From assembly GCA_040954595.2 (NCBI GenBank), contig CM082579.2, positions 7,925,625 to 7,989,624 of the forward strand: DNA of 64,000 nt, in the 5' to 3' direction. Under the pieces are notes generated by a model. That model saw nothing but the letters and a program-made list of their open reading frames with translations, was not told the origin of the DNA and did not search any database. The position numbers were made by a program, and so were the translations under genes. Positions 50,686-63,786 of the stretch are shown here, piece by piece. Each line of letters opens with the position of its first letter. Position 1 is the stretch's first letter. This DNA comes from Balanoglossus misakiensis. Lineage: Eukaryota > Animalia > Hemichordata.

Positions 50686-52704
50686 ACACCAATCATGGTG
50701 CAGCGCTGCTGTTCTCAGTCCGAGTGTGGCAAATAAAATTGTGAAGTGTCCCCCCCTCCGCCCCCTTGAACAAATCTGTCACTTTTGTAGTTTTCTGTAT
50801 TAAACACAGTTATTCGTAAATTAAACACACCTAACTTATTTGTGAGGGCATTAGGAGACTTGCAGCACTTCCCAGATATTTTGTATAAGTCTCTTGCACC
50901 AAATGTTTGGCTGAAGGTGGATTAAAAAAACTTAACCCCGGCATAAAGTTGCAATGTCTGATACAGTTTTACGCTGTCCGTTTAAAAAATTTACCTGTAA
51001 AAACATGCAGCTGAGTAGAATTAGATTCTTTGTTTTATTTATATTATTATGTACAGCACTTTATAATGTATATTATGTAACTTTGGTATTTTTTGCCCAT
51101 TGCATGTGCTTTGAGAATGACAGATTGATTGATTTATTGTAATGTAATAACCTAAAGATAATACGGCTTTTAGATTTCAAAACGTTTGTAATTGAAATTT
51201 ACATCCCAGGGAATAAATGACCTGTATATTTCAGGTAAAATGACCAAATGATTGGCCTTCACAGCACCTATTGCAATAGAGGTTGTTAAACGTGACCCAG
51301 GTTGACTGTTGTGGTGTACAGTGAACAAACCAAACCTGTCATTACCTAGAATGTTTTCGTCATAGTTATTGCAGTTTCAGGGTTTGAGAGGTACGGGTTA
51401 TCGATAACTCACACTATACACATTATCGACCACAATACTACATTTGTATGCACAAACAATGCAAAGGTCTTTTTGAAATAATTACAGAAGTTCGTTTTGA
51501 ACTTGTAGATGTTGAGTGTCAAATTAAATCAAGATGGCCTGGTATATTAGGGCGTTTGTTTTTAAGAAGTGAGAACTATTTCCTCCAGGTGATTTAAGAC
51601 AAGCCACTGAAATCATTATGAATTGTAATTTGGTTTTGATTGAGTCATGGTTACAACTCCGACTGGGGAACAATTTGCACATAAAAAGTTGTAGCAGGGT
51701 TTCTTTTTTTAGGGAACTGATTTTTAGGAAGATTCCCAATTCTAAGCTTAGGCCATTTCCATCACTGAACTGTGTAAAGAATAAAATTTACATTTTCATG
51801 TAATGCGGTAACTTCTCATTTCTTTGAGAATTCTTTCTGAAATACTCCATGTTAATTTATTAGTGAGAAAACTTAAGACTGCTTTCAGAGCTATTTTTGT
51901 GAGCACAAACTTTCCTGGTGTTTTCTGACTCGTAACCCAAGCTGGGCATTCCAAAATTGCATTTGTCATTTGCGTATGTGATATACTTGATTTCTTTTTT
52001 AGCGTGAGCATGTTTTATCGGAAAACCCCACCCCCAGCAAAACTACATCTTGTAAAAAGACTTGTTACATGTTATTCAATCTCAACTGCATCCCAACTTT
52101 GAACCTTGCTATAGTTACATCAATACATGTCAGCGACTCATGTCAATGTATGCATTCATGGGTTATATAATGTTACATGTGAACTGAGGCATTAGTACTA
52201 AGATTGAGTGGTAAGAGTATGTTGAGTCCAAGGGTGGTGGTCAGCCTACAGAGTTTTGGACCTGTATGTAAATTTGAATGTTTCAACTTATGCATTATGG
52301 ATTTGGACGTTCAATAAAATTTTTGATCTTGGTGGGAAAAAAATTGTTCTTGTTTTATTTCTTCTTTTTTGTAATCTGGCAGTAGCGTCATGGTGGAAAT
52401 TTAGTGTTGATGTGTTTTGGTTTTGGGTTGATCTCCCAAAAATAATAAACGAGTCCTGTACACACGTTCTGCTCTTCTAACAAACTTATGGAACTTCCAC
52501 ATTAAAAAAATAAATGGCAGAAATTCACTATCCAACATAGAGGGCGAAACTCGCATCTCATTTTGATCCCCCTCTGAACAGGATAGGAAAGCAAATTGTA
52601 ACTGCTATAAAACTCAATGTTGGGCTTGTACAGTTGGCACTGCACGTCATCATACAGAAAATGCAACAACTGACCTTGTGTAGTGTAATGTTTCATAAAA
52701 ATCG

Positions 52705-52710
52705 TTTATT
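52705..52710 (-). terminator. Candidate distal poly(A) signal of teneurin (3' UTR ~4.6 kb)
   Basis: AATAAA on minus strand, converging on plus-strand AATAAA signals at ~52313 and ~52444 that could serve FAXDC2-B. Confidence 0.4.
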
Positions 52711-55700
52711 GTCATAGATTCATCTGATTATTAACACAGACAATATACAGGATAAGACGAGACTACAACCGAGGAATTGGGATGTCTTTTTCATCTAACA
52801 AAAAGCATTTTTTGTTTCTTTCATTTAAAGTTTCCCCAAGTTCCTATATATATATTTTTTGAGCAAAGGAACAGAAGTTTTAAAAAATAAATCTGTAAAG
52901 TTCTTCAGTAAAAATATAATTAAATCCTATGACAGAATGTCCTAATCAAACATGGCTGACCTGGCTGTCGCAGATTCTGATTGGTTCGACAAATAGTTGG
53001 AACTGACCAATCACAACAAAGCAGACTATAACGTGATAATACAGGTCAGCGGAACACAGTTGTAACACAAATCACACACTACGGGTATGATCTGGGTAAA
53101 GATGAAATAATACCAATGGAAGAAATAAGAATTATTTTTTACAGAGTTTGCGTTACATATGTGACTACATCGTCAGAGAGATCTAACAATGAAATCTTTC
53201 TGTGAAAGACTTGTTAAAAAGTATTACGCTGAATGTTTTGTGATATTTGATATCAGGAGCAGGTTTGGATCAAAAGCAAACTGTACAGATTGTGATACAC
53301 TTTGGTGTGTTAATAAATTGCACAGTGTTATCATATAGCGTAGCATAAATTCTCTCCCCTCTAAAAATGGGGAGATTGGATATCAGCAATAAGCCTGTAT
53401 GTACAGCAAGCAGAGTTTAATGTCTTTCTGAAAGTCCGAGCAGCTAGCTATAGTGTTAACTTGAGCCTCAAGCCCAGGTTGTTCTGTCTATGCTACAAAA
53501 ATGGAGAAAAGTTGACAACTCTACTGATTTAAGATATCTCTGCTCCCCCCTCCCCGAAATTCTCAAAATGCAGGATCTACCAGGTTTCAGTCTATTGCCA
53601 AGCCACTGAACCCTAACTAACCCCATGTGCACTTTGACAGCAAGGCTACAAAATGCATTGAAATTTAAACCGGCAGTTGCATAAATTTGCACATCCCCCC
53701 TCCCCCGAAGACTTCACCCGTCCATCCCCAGATTGTCATGACACAACTTTCCTCTCTTAGCTTCCTCTGTTCTGAATTCAAACTGTCGAACACGATTGTC
53801 TCGAAATTTTGCACTGTACAATGCACAGAAATACGCCACACGATTCTTCATCTGAATTCACTCGCTGCCTTAATAAAACCCAAAGCTCTGCCTGAACAGT
53901 TGCTCCTGCTACCATGGCAACAAGCTGTATAATACACATCTACGTAACAGCTACATGTACATCTGTGCATACACACACGCGCAGGGAAACTACAGTTTGC
54001 CCATATTATGCTTTTTTATCTTGCACTTTTTTGCGACGGTTAGAGCTGCGTTGGCTAGTTTCTGTTTCAAAGAGCTCACAGCTGCCTCACTGATCATCAG
54101 CATGCGAAGTGTCAGGAAGTTAGTCTTTAAAACACAGAGATCAGCTTTGACAGCATGACTCTGAGTAGCTATAATGTATACTTGAAATATTTCCCATTAA
54201 ATATATCGTGATACCCTGTGTGGTGAATTTGTGATTGTCAAACCACCCAGTGTTTTTTGTTTCTCGTTTACAAATCATAAAATAATCTTGTCAGCAAAAT
54301 GTGTGTGTCTATAAGTTAAAGTCTATGTCAGTATGAGTATGAACGCATGCCACAAATCGCCCCATCAACTGTGTCTGTGTGTGTGCATGCGCGCGAATGT
54401 AGATGTGTGTTAACTGTTGCAATCACTAATAACTTATGTGCAGCCCTTTGATTGAATTAAAATTGTCACAGACATAGAAGCTTTGCTGACAGAATATCCA
54501 TCATTATCTCTTCCGTACGAGACTTTGATCAAAGACCAGTGTACACATATACTGAACATGTCATCATTGTGACTAATGTATCCTTGGAGACACTCTTTCT
54601 CACTACATTCTAGTTATTCTAGGAAAACCGTCTCATCCATACCCCTCTTCAATTATAATGCTGATTGAGGAGGTATAAACCCCCATTCCCAGTGCACATC
54701 TCTCCTAGAGATACATATGATTAATAGTTCAAATTACTTAAAAGACAGGGGAGATCACTCACTCCATACAGACACTTTACAAGACAAACACACAACTGTC
54801 GTTATACTTTATCAGCTTACTGAAAAAAATAAATGATTATTCTTACTGAAAGGTCTGGTGGATTTGTCAATATTTCACTGCAAGCTCCATCCAGATAAGG
54901 ACAGGGACAAGCAATTTTAATTCACAATGTCCTCTTTGTTCAATTTATCTGTTGAACTGACAATGAAATTAATTGATGTCGTGGTTAAGAATTGCACGTT
55001 TTGTGATAAAATCATTACGATTAAAATGCCTGATACACGTACGTGCAATCTTATGACCGGCTGACTTTTTTTTCTGAAAGTGATTGCTTCAAACAGCTAT
55101 CTCTAATAAGTAAAAGTTTTTGAATACGGCTTTCGCAGAAGTATACACTGAAAAATGATAAAATAATTTATAATATATATTGATGGTAGACTGGAGGAAG
55201 GAAGTAAAGGGAAGACCTGCTTCACTCATATTTTTCCATGGGAAGTTATCGATGATTTCTTGGGTGATGTACTTATATTCATCACCATATATGGAATTCA
55301 ACACCAAATATAGATTAACCTGTCGTTGCCAAATATGGAATTCATAGCCAAATATGGAAAACGAGGGACATTTACCAGTAATCATACAGTTGGATGAGAA
55401 CAGTCACTTAGTATATAATGTAAAAAACACTGGAAAAGGGAACATACTCAGCTTAATATGCATAAGGCGAACGTTGAATATTGCATATCAACAGCTGACA
55501 ACTAAGAAATTTGGCACTGTACCTCAACGGGGCTCAACTTGTCACACCATTTCAACGCAAAAAAATATATTTTCAATTTTGCACTATCGACAAAAGATAA
55601 CAACACGTACATAACAAATGACAAATGTACTTTTAAAGCTCCTCAACACAGAGGCTGCAAATCAAATTTTGTCTCGATCTATCTCTACAATTTTGTTGTT

Positions 55701-56159
55701 CGCGGTGTATGAGTTATCAAACTCAAAAACGTTTTTTTTTATAAAACTAAAAAAAAGCAACTGCCTGTATCAAAAAATATGTATTGTAGCACCAAACTAA
55801 ACGGAAACGTAGCAAAAAAATGACACTTTACATGTAAACCTGCATAGTTTCGCTGTCTATGATTGAACAAAAACCCGACTCGAGATTGGTGTACTGTACT
55901 TCCAGACTTAGTACATGCTTCTAACATGCAGCCGAGTATGCTGGAAGAATCTGTCTAACAGTTTTTGCGACAGATTTTCTTTTTCCATCTGCTTCCCGCT
56001 TGTCACTACGGTAACACACAAGCAGCAGCACTACTGCCAGGTTGCGCGAAGGAAGCCTATTCTTACGTTAATTTTCAATACAATACAAATATTTCAATTT
56101 TGAAACTTTAATATTTAGTAAAGGGATTGAGATTTATCTCCCTTCTTGACCGGGCATCC

Positions 56160-56251
56160 TTAACCCTTTCACCCCTAATCCCATTATAGTGGTCCAACTT
56201 TACCATAGAAAACAATGGATTTGGACCAAACCATGGTGGTGAAAGGGCTAA
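56160..56251 (-). mobile_element. piggyBac-type MITE copy 6 (in putative teneurin 3' UTR)
   Basis: TTAA-CCCTTTCACC...CCATGGTGGTGAAAGGG-CTAA. Confidence 0.85.
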
Positions 56252-57369
56252 GCGAACACCAGGTTGTATTTATACAAACTACGGTATATAAATCTGTGCT
56301 CTTGACGAACCAAACTACATCTATGTAATTACTTGACAAAGTCACGATGGCTCTCTGGCCATGTGTTTCAGAAATGCATAAGGATTTTTTCGAGTGACAT
56401 TGTATGTACAGAGTTCAGGTACATATAATTCAGCTGACTTCGGAAGTACCGTTGACAAAGCGTGTTTCACATCTTAATCTAAAAGCAGCCATTTTTAGTC
56501 TGCATCGCCGTGACAGCCACCTGTCATCACCAAGGCAACTGCAGTTGGACATATCTTACGGATCTCTAGATGTACATGTACAAGACCTGACATCCTGGTA
56601 TGTTTGCCGGAAATATGCAAGTTTCCTCAGGTTGGTATAAAACTGCGTAACTGCAAACCACAATCACCGAGTCCTGAACCGAACTGCCACTGTGACTCAT
56701 CTTCAGGTAACTCATTCCAGAAGATTGAAGTTAGTGGCTGAAAACTGCAGTGACCTCTAGGTACAACGTTACCATTAAGACAGACATGATTCACATCACT
56801 GTCATTGTGCCACAATCTTTGGGATCCGTGTCTAGGTTGATGAGATCTAACATTACAAGTTCTAGATCTGACGTCTTAATCGTTACACATCTTGTTCAAA
56901 GTCTTGTCATTACGGCAAGTAATGGACTTTTATCTGTCGATGCACTTCTTAACATTGCTTGGTGCGCGCCTATACTATCTAAATAATGCGAAAATTTGCA
57001 GCCTGCTTCCATTTAAGTACATCTGTGGTCTTACAACCAAATCTTCCTCGCTCATTTCCTCTTCTCTCCTCCCCATTATCAGGTAAATTTAGACTCTTCC
57101 ACAATTTGCTACATTGGGAATGTTTCACAAATGCAACGCCTGGCCAGGGGGTGACCAGGTTAAGTGTTTGCGTGAAAAGTTGAAGGTCTGGGGTCGCGTG
57201 CGTGTCATCCATATTTGACAGTCTGTCTAAAACTAGTACACAATTATACTGCACATCAAAACTATACGGAGGCACGCACTTGTCTTTTAGGATCTCATGT
57301 TGAATGGAAATTTCCAAATTTTGAGTAGAACTGCCTGCATTGCTTGCTGGAAACACCCCGTATCACACC

Positions 57370-60300
57370 CTAGGGGTCCACCATTTGTTCTACGGCCAGC
57401 TGTGCCCCTTCTTCGTATGTTAATAATTTAATACAGTTGCTGTCGTCGGCCAGCTGTGGATAACTATCAACGTCCAGAGCATAGAAACCGTCGTAACCGT
57501 CCACGTATCGATTTTCGATTATGCTAGTCCGTTCGTCCTCGGTCCACACTCGAGAGCCGTCTTTCCCTTGGAGCAGCAAGTCCCTTTCCCGGTTCCACGC
57601 TTTCTGTATGGCTTTCTGCTTGGTGTGTCGCAGTATCCGGGCGGCGTCCTCGGCGACCGTGGCGCCGTATCGTATGTTGAGGACGCCGTACTTGCTGTGG
57701 ATCTTGATGTCGATGTTGGCGATCTCGTTCATGTGCCCCGGGTACAGGGTGTGCACGGTCACGCTGAGCTCCTCGTTCAGGTCGATGCGTTCGACCAGCT
57801 GCCCGCCGCCGGACGAGCCGATGATGCTCAGGTCTCGGTTCATGGCGTTTCTGCCCTTCACGAAGTAGTGGATGTCCTTCCCGTGGTCCGTGTGGTGGAT
57901 CTTCTCCAGCACCTCGGAGCCGTTCAGGACTTTGGCGATCTTCACGATGTGGTCGTTGTTCACGTCCACCAGCTGGGTCACCACCTGGCCGCCCTGGACG
58001 TAGAGCACGGCGCTGTGCCCGAATATGGTGGACCCGATGTTCACGGCCGTCGGCGGCGACCTGCCGCCGTCTGTGAGGGCGCCAGTCAAGATCTGCGGCG
58101 TCGGCAGTGCGAAGAAGTGATGCTTGAATGAATCCATCAGGTTGCCTGCCATGCACTCATCTGAGTTGAAAACCTAAAATAAGTAGAGCATCATTATAGG
58201 TTTGGTTTACTTTCAGTCAGAGATGTATGCAAAGATTGGGGTTTTTTTGCTGTCAAGTCCTGTAGTTGATCAGTTTGGGGGATCAACGCAAAATGCAATC
58301 ATTCCAGCTAAATGTTCTGAACTGCTGTTATAAAAAGTTTCTGTAAAGATTGAATAGACTCATTCTCATATTAAACCAAAGCCAAGCGACTGCCATGGTT
58401 CAACATTCCCATCAACTTATGACTACTCTTACCTTTTTCTTCTGAAGGTCAGCAGAATACGAGTACAGTTGATCACGCACTAACTCTCCCTCTGTGTTGA
58501 CGTATGGAATCATGGTCTCCGCACTGAACCCCAGCATGGGCAGCCAGTCAGTTACAGCTGCACAGGTGGACATTAAACGAACACAAGACAGCAGTGTTAA
58601 ATTTCAACGAGAATGAGAAATGTTATGGGTGTTTAACACACAGGCTTGTGAAATACCGGTAGGTGGATTAACAGTGAAATTATGATGCAGAGATAACAAA
58701 TACAACACATTTCAGTATCAAAGAAAATTTCATGAAAATTTGTGCCAAAATGCTGAGAGAAGACTTTGCAGTGGAAACAATTCCACAGAACCAATCCACT
58801 GGAAGAGATTCACCTACCCTTCATGAACTTGATATCGCCAATTTCCAGGTTGACAGGATTATTACCCGTGAAGACGTACAAATTCAAGGCCGGGTGTTTG
58901 TTGGTTTGCGTAGCCCACTTCCACATCTCCAGCTGCGGGGTGGTCCACTTGCCGGTGTTCGGGTCGTAGTCGCCGTCCCTGAAGTGAACCAGCTCGGTGG
59001 CGTAGTCGTGGATGCCGCCCCTGAATCCAATATGGAGTTTGAAGTCGGCGGCCGTGTCGTGCACGATGTTCCCGAACGGGCTGTAGACGATCTGCTTGAC
59101 CAGTTCGCCCCGCGAGTTGAAGACCGTCACGGGACTGCCCACCTGGTCGGTGGTGACGTAGTACTGCCGGTCGCCGATCATGACGGACATCAAGAAGCCT
59201 TGCAGGTCGTACATCAGGGTCCAGATGTCTTCGCTCGCTTTGTTGTAAATGTGAGTGACGCGCCAGGGGTTCTCGATGTCGCCGTAGAAGTACTGAATTC
59301 TGTCGTCTTGGTCGTCCGCCTGGATGACGCGACGACCCATCCCGTCGTAGTGGTACCACACTTCGTACGCACCGCTTTTCACAACATGCACCAGCTGTCC
59401 GTTGGAATTGTATTCGATCTCCTCCTCCCCTCTCTGAACCAGAAAACCGTCCTCGTCAACTCTGTAAACGTCCTCCTTGAACTGCAGGACACGGTCTCCA
59501 GAATCGTGCCGCACGTGATACTCCTCGTCATTGTACACGACCGTTACCAGGTTACCGTTGTTGTCGTAGGAGTACCGCCACGACAGCCAGTTGCCCGCCA
59601 TGGCCTCGACTATCTGCCCCGCCATGTCGTAGTCGAACTTGAACGTCTCGTCGTCGCCGAGCGTCTTAATCTGTCTCTCCGACACGTAGCTCACGTTGTT
59701 GTACTTCAACTTCATGGTGAAGACGCTGATGTCGCGGATGTCCAGCTGATAGATGATCATGCGGCCGTAGGCGTCGAACTGCTTGGTGACCTTGGCGTCG
59801 CCTTTGCTGAGCACCTCAGCGAACCACTCCTTCTGGATGACGGTGTAGTTGCAGTACTGCTGCGGGTGCCCCTTCTCCGGATGATAGGTGAAGTTACACG
59901 CCGGCAGGACGTTGCCGTCAAAGTCCGCCTGGGTGGACGACATTCTGAAGTTGTTATCGTAGCCGTACCGGTACTCGACGCCCACAAAGTCCTCCCTGTT
60001 GAATCTCATGCTGGACTCCTTGGCCAGCGGTCCGTGGTACTTGTATCTCAGCGCACTTCGCAGGTATGGCTCTTTCATCTCTATGCTCCGCAGTTGTCCC
60101 TCAATGCTGTAGTATTCGTACTTGATCGCCGTCTTGTCGTAAAACACGTCCGTGAGTCTCTCTCGGCCGTCGTACAGCCGCGTCACTCTCCTCAGGTTGC
60201 CCGTGTACAGAGTCGTCGACGGAGAGCCGTTGCTAAGGTAATCCTGCAGCAGCCACTGCGTGCCGTTGATGAAGTACATGTTTCTGTAGTAGCCGATGGA

Positions 60301-63300
60301 CGCCAGTCTCTCCATGCTGTAGGTGGTCTTTGCCGGCGTGGTGATGACCGACACTTGACCGGACTTGTAGCCCAGGAGATACTCTTGACCGGACGGGAAG
60401 ATGATCGTAGTTGGCTATCAAGGAAAGGACGGAAAAACTGAAATGTGAACTTTTTATGATATGCACAAATCACTGACATGATATACACTACTGCTCTTAG
60501 GGTTCACGAATGTGGTCTGAAGTGCTTTGAAGTAATGTTCATAGTACTCCTTCTTTTAATGTCACAGTTTTTAGGCTGTGGCTCAGTTAATACCTCAACT
60601 GTACATTCACCTTTCATTCCAAAGAATGTGTTTGAAACACACTTTTGAGGTAGAGACGTACAGGTAGGGATGGACAGACAGACAGAGACAGACAGACAGA
60701 CAGATACAGAAAGCGGAGAGAGACACAGATATAAATATAGGTTAGATAGATATAGATGGTGACCATAAGGAGGAAGGGAGAGAGTAAGAGGGGAGGGAGA
60801 GAGAGGTATACAGAGAGAGAGAGAGACCACAAGGACCTCCACTTTACCTGTCTGCCATCAGTGTAGACAAATCGCCAACTGCTACCATCGCTGTACTGCT
60901 TTCTGACGATGCGGCCCTCCTCGTCGTACTCGATGTTCTCAAAGATGAAGCCCTTCCTCCACCTGGACACCCTCCCCTGGTAATCATAGTCCACCAGCAC
61001 CGACTTCATGCCGTTGTTTGGCATCCACTCGGTGGGCAGACCCTTGCTGTTGTGCGAAATGATCAACTGGGGTATGTTCGCAGCGTCATGTAACGTCTCC
61101 GTTTTTGTAAAACGATTATACTCCAGCGTCAGCACATTGATCCCATTGATCTGTGTTGCAAACGGGGAAAATCAGAAATAGTGTCAGAAAACCAATTGAT
61201 GGCCACGCAGTCACCTGGCGCAAACTAAACAAGATACCACAGAAAATGGACATATAGGCAATCACGTATTATTGTGCCTTCTTAAAATTTTCTAGTGTTG
61301 CAAAATCCGTCCTTCAGTAAAGTAGGGAGCAAACACTCACCCGAAGTTTACGGCCGACAACTTGGATCGTTCGCTTGTTTTTTCTGCCTCCTCTCCTAAC
61401 ATAGAATCTCCACTCGAGTCTGTGCACATTGCCGGATGGAAGCGTGATCTTTCTCTTGGCCGGCACACTGCTGGAGAGTTCCATGGTGGGATATGAGCTG
61501 GGTTCTATCTGCAACTCCAGTCCGTTCACGAACTTGATTATCACGGTGTTGTTCATGGTCACGGTCAAGTTCATCATTTTCTCATCTGTCGCAGGAATGA
61601 AAGACAGTCATGTATTAATAGTGTAATCTGAACTGCAAGCTCAGCTCACATCATTCTATAGCAAGAATTATCTTTAAAAAATTCAGCACTAAAATGTAAA
61701 ATGTAAAATTGAAAAATCTCACCTATTATTTCCTGGTGGGCATTCACCTCTGTAGTGGTAGTCAAGCGGCCGAACTCATCATATCTGTCAAGAAAACCCA
61801 AGCACAAGCAGGGTAGCTATGTTAGCCTGAAATTGCTATGGTGTTGTGGTGTCTATCTTGTGCAAGACTGGAGTTGATGTGTTGGGTACATGTATATTGT
61901 TCATTCATAATGTATATCCCCTATAATGTGCCATGACATCAACCAATCGGCATCATTCTATAACTGGCCCTGGTCTGTATGCTATGGGCTCCAACCATGA
62001 TGCAGATGTGGCAAATAAATTGCTTAAAATCCTACTGTCCACTATGGCCCCGCTATACTGTACTTCCCATGCATGGTAGGAACATGACCCGATGTGCAGC
62101 ATATACACCTACCTGTAGAGAGTTTTCAGGTTATCCCCTTCTGCAGCTGTTGCTAGGAGACCGCTGTCGCCATAGTAATTGAAGGTGCCGATTGTCTGCC
62201 CGGTGGACGAGTAAACTCCCCTGAGGAAGCCGTCAGAGTTGATGGCCAAACCGTATCTGTCGCCGTTTGGAGTTGTGACCGTTGTCATCCGACCGTTCAA
62301 GTCTCTGGTCAGTCTCAGGATGTGACCGCTGTTGTCGGTCATGGTCTTCATCAGGTTGTCGTCGGCGTACGAGAACTCCAGGATGACCTCGTCCGTCACG
62401 GCGTCCCTTGTCATCATGTGCTTCCCTTCAACGTTGAAGACGTACAGCTCCAGCGTGGACTCCGACTCGATGACGTACTGCTTGCCGTGGAACAGCACCG
62501 GCAGGTTGGGCGAGATGGCGTGGATGCGCAGGTTGCCCTGGTCGGCGATGTAGACCCGGTCGTCGGGGCCCACGGCGATGTCCGAGGGCATGAACAGCAT
62601 GGCGTCCCTGGCCTGGATGTCGTCGCCGTTGAAGCAGTCGCAGTCGTCCAGGTTGCAGTCGCACTCCGCCTCGCCGCCGGCCACCAGCACGATACGCCCG
62701 TCCACGTTCACCTTCCTCACCTGGTGGATCCTCTCGTTGTTCGACTCGGAGATGTACAGCTCCCCCAGCGCCGAGAACGCGATCGCCCGGGGGTTGATCA
62801 GCATCACCTCTGTGGCCAGGGGGTTGGGTGCCGCCCTGTCGTCGCGACCCCTCGCAGCGGTCTGGTTCATCACTCCGGCCATGCAGTTGACCGGCAGCCC
62901 GGCCTGGATGGTGACCTGTTTGTCCGGCGTCAGCCTGAGGACCACATTGTGGTCCAGGATGGAGAGGGCGTGGTCGACCGGATTGACAGTGATATCAACT
63001 GGCCATTCTAGTCTTATCTGAAAGAAGAATGTGTAAATACCAATACTGACACATTACCATACAAATTTACATGCGTGTATTATGGGTGTCTCAGAATGCT
63101 ATCTGCGACTGGTATGTTCGAGCAGCACTTTTGAATTAGTGGAAATTCACATGCAGTGCCTCTCTTGTCCAAATGTTTTGCAACACCCTTAACTACAACA
63201 TACTTCAGACAAATTTTTTGAGATGGAGTTTAATTTTGGAACGGGCTAGACTAGGAGATTGAACCAGAACCAAACACAGCAAGCTGAGCTCAGAAATGGA

Positions 63301-63786
63301 TTTGTCATGAGACGTGGTGATATCTGCAGAAAATCTGTACTTAGTAAAATCATGCTGTTGATGGTAGTGCACCTCTCTGAAAACGAACAACAAAGTTGAT
63401 ATATTGGTTGCATCCGACAGAGACAGTTCCGTCCAATTCTCTTTTAAAGCAAGCATGTAAATCAGTGACTTTTAAGTTACAAAATGTGAAGTTGGGTCTT
63501 ATCGCAACAAAATGTAATGGAGCGAACATCCATTAACTCATATTTTTCACTTTAATGGCCGATATTTCTCCTTCGAGTGTCTCGTACAAATGGTTCGTTT
63601 CGGAGCAGCCATCTGCCAAAGTGCTTACCTCATCGAAAGCCATGGGGCCATTACATTTCAATGGTCTCTGTGCGTCGAGGATATCATGCGATCCCAGATA
63701 AGTTGATATAATTCCATTAGTGTCAATTTTTCGTATCACGGAGCCATCAACCACAAAGATAGTGCCATCTTCAGCGATCGTTATTC
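57370..63786 (-). CDS. TENM: Teneurin (Ten-m/Odz), C-terminal ~1400 aa; gene continues beyond window end
   Basis: Exons (minus): 63786-63629, 63017-62113, 61784-61723, 61585-61341, 61150-60848, 60414-58818, 58557-58433, 58173-57370, all phase-consistent. NHL repeats (IRLEWP, CDC..DDCDCF, YIADQGNLRI), YD repeats, RHS-core-like GFRGGIHD..YDPNTGKWTTP..NLYVFTGNNPVN, and Tox-GHH domain AWNRER...WTEDER..GYDGFY..YPQLADD. Confidence 0.96.
60672..60826. repeat. Purine-rich (GACA/GA/GATA) low-complexity microsatellite in teneurin intron
   Basis: Directly visible. Confidence 0.85.

Noticed and set aside
58732-60441. 569-aa plus-strand ORF (also 57568..58131 and 62322..63011)
   Set aside because: Antisense shadows of GC3-rich teneurin exons; no independent domain signal.
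57370-63017. Bacterial RHS/YD toxin or recent horizontal transfer
   Set aside because: Spliceosomal introns and NHL-YD-Tox-GHH order identify a normal teneurin; its toxin-like ancestry is already established.
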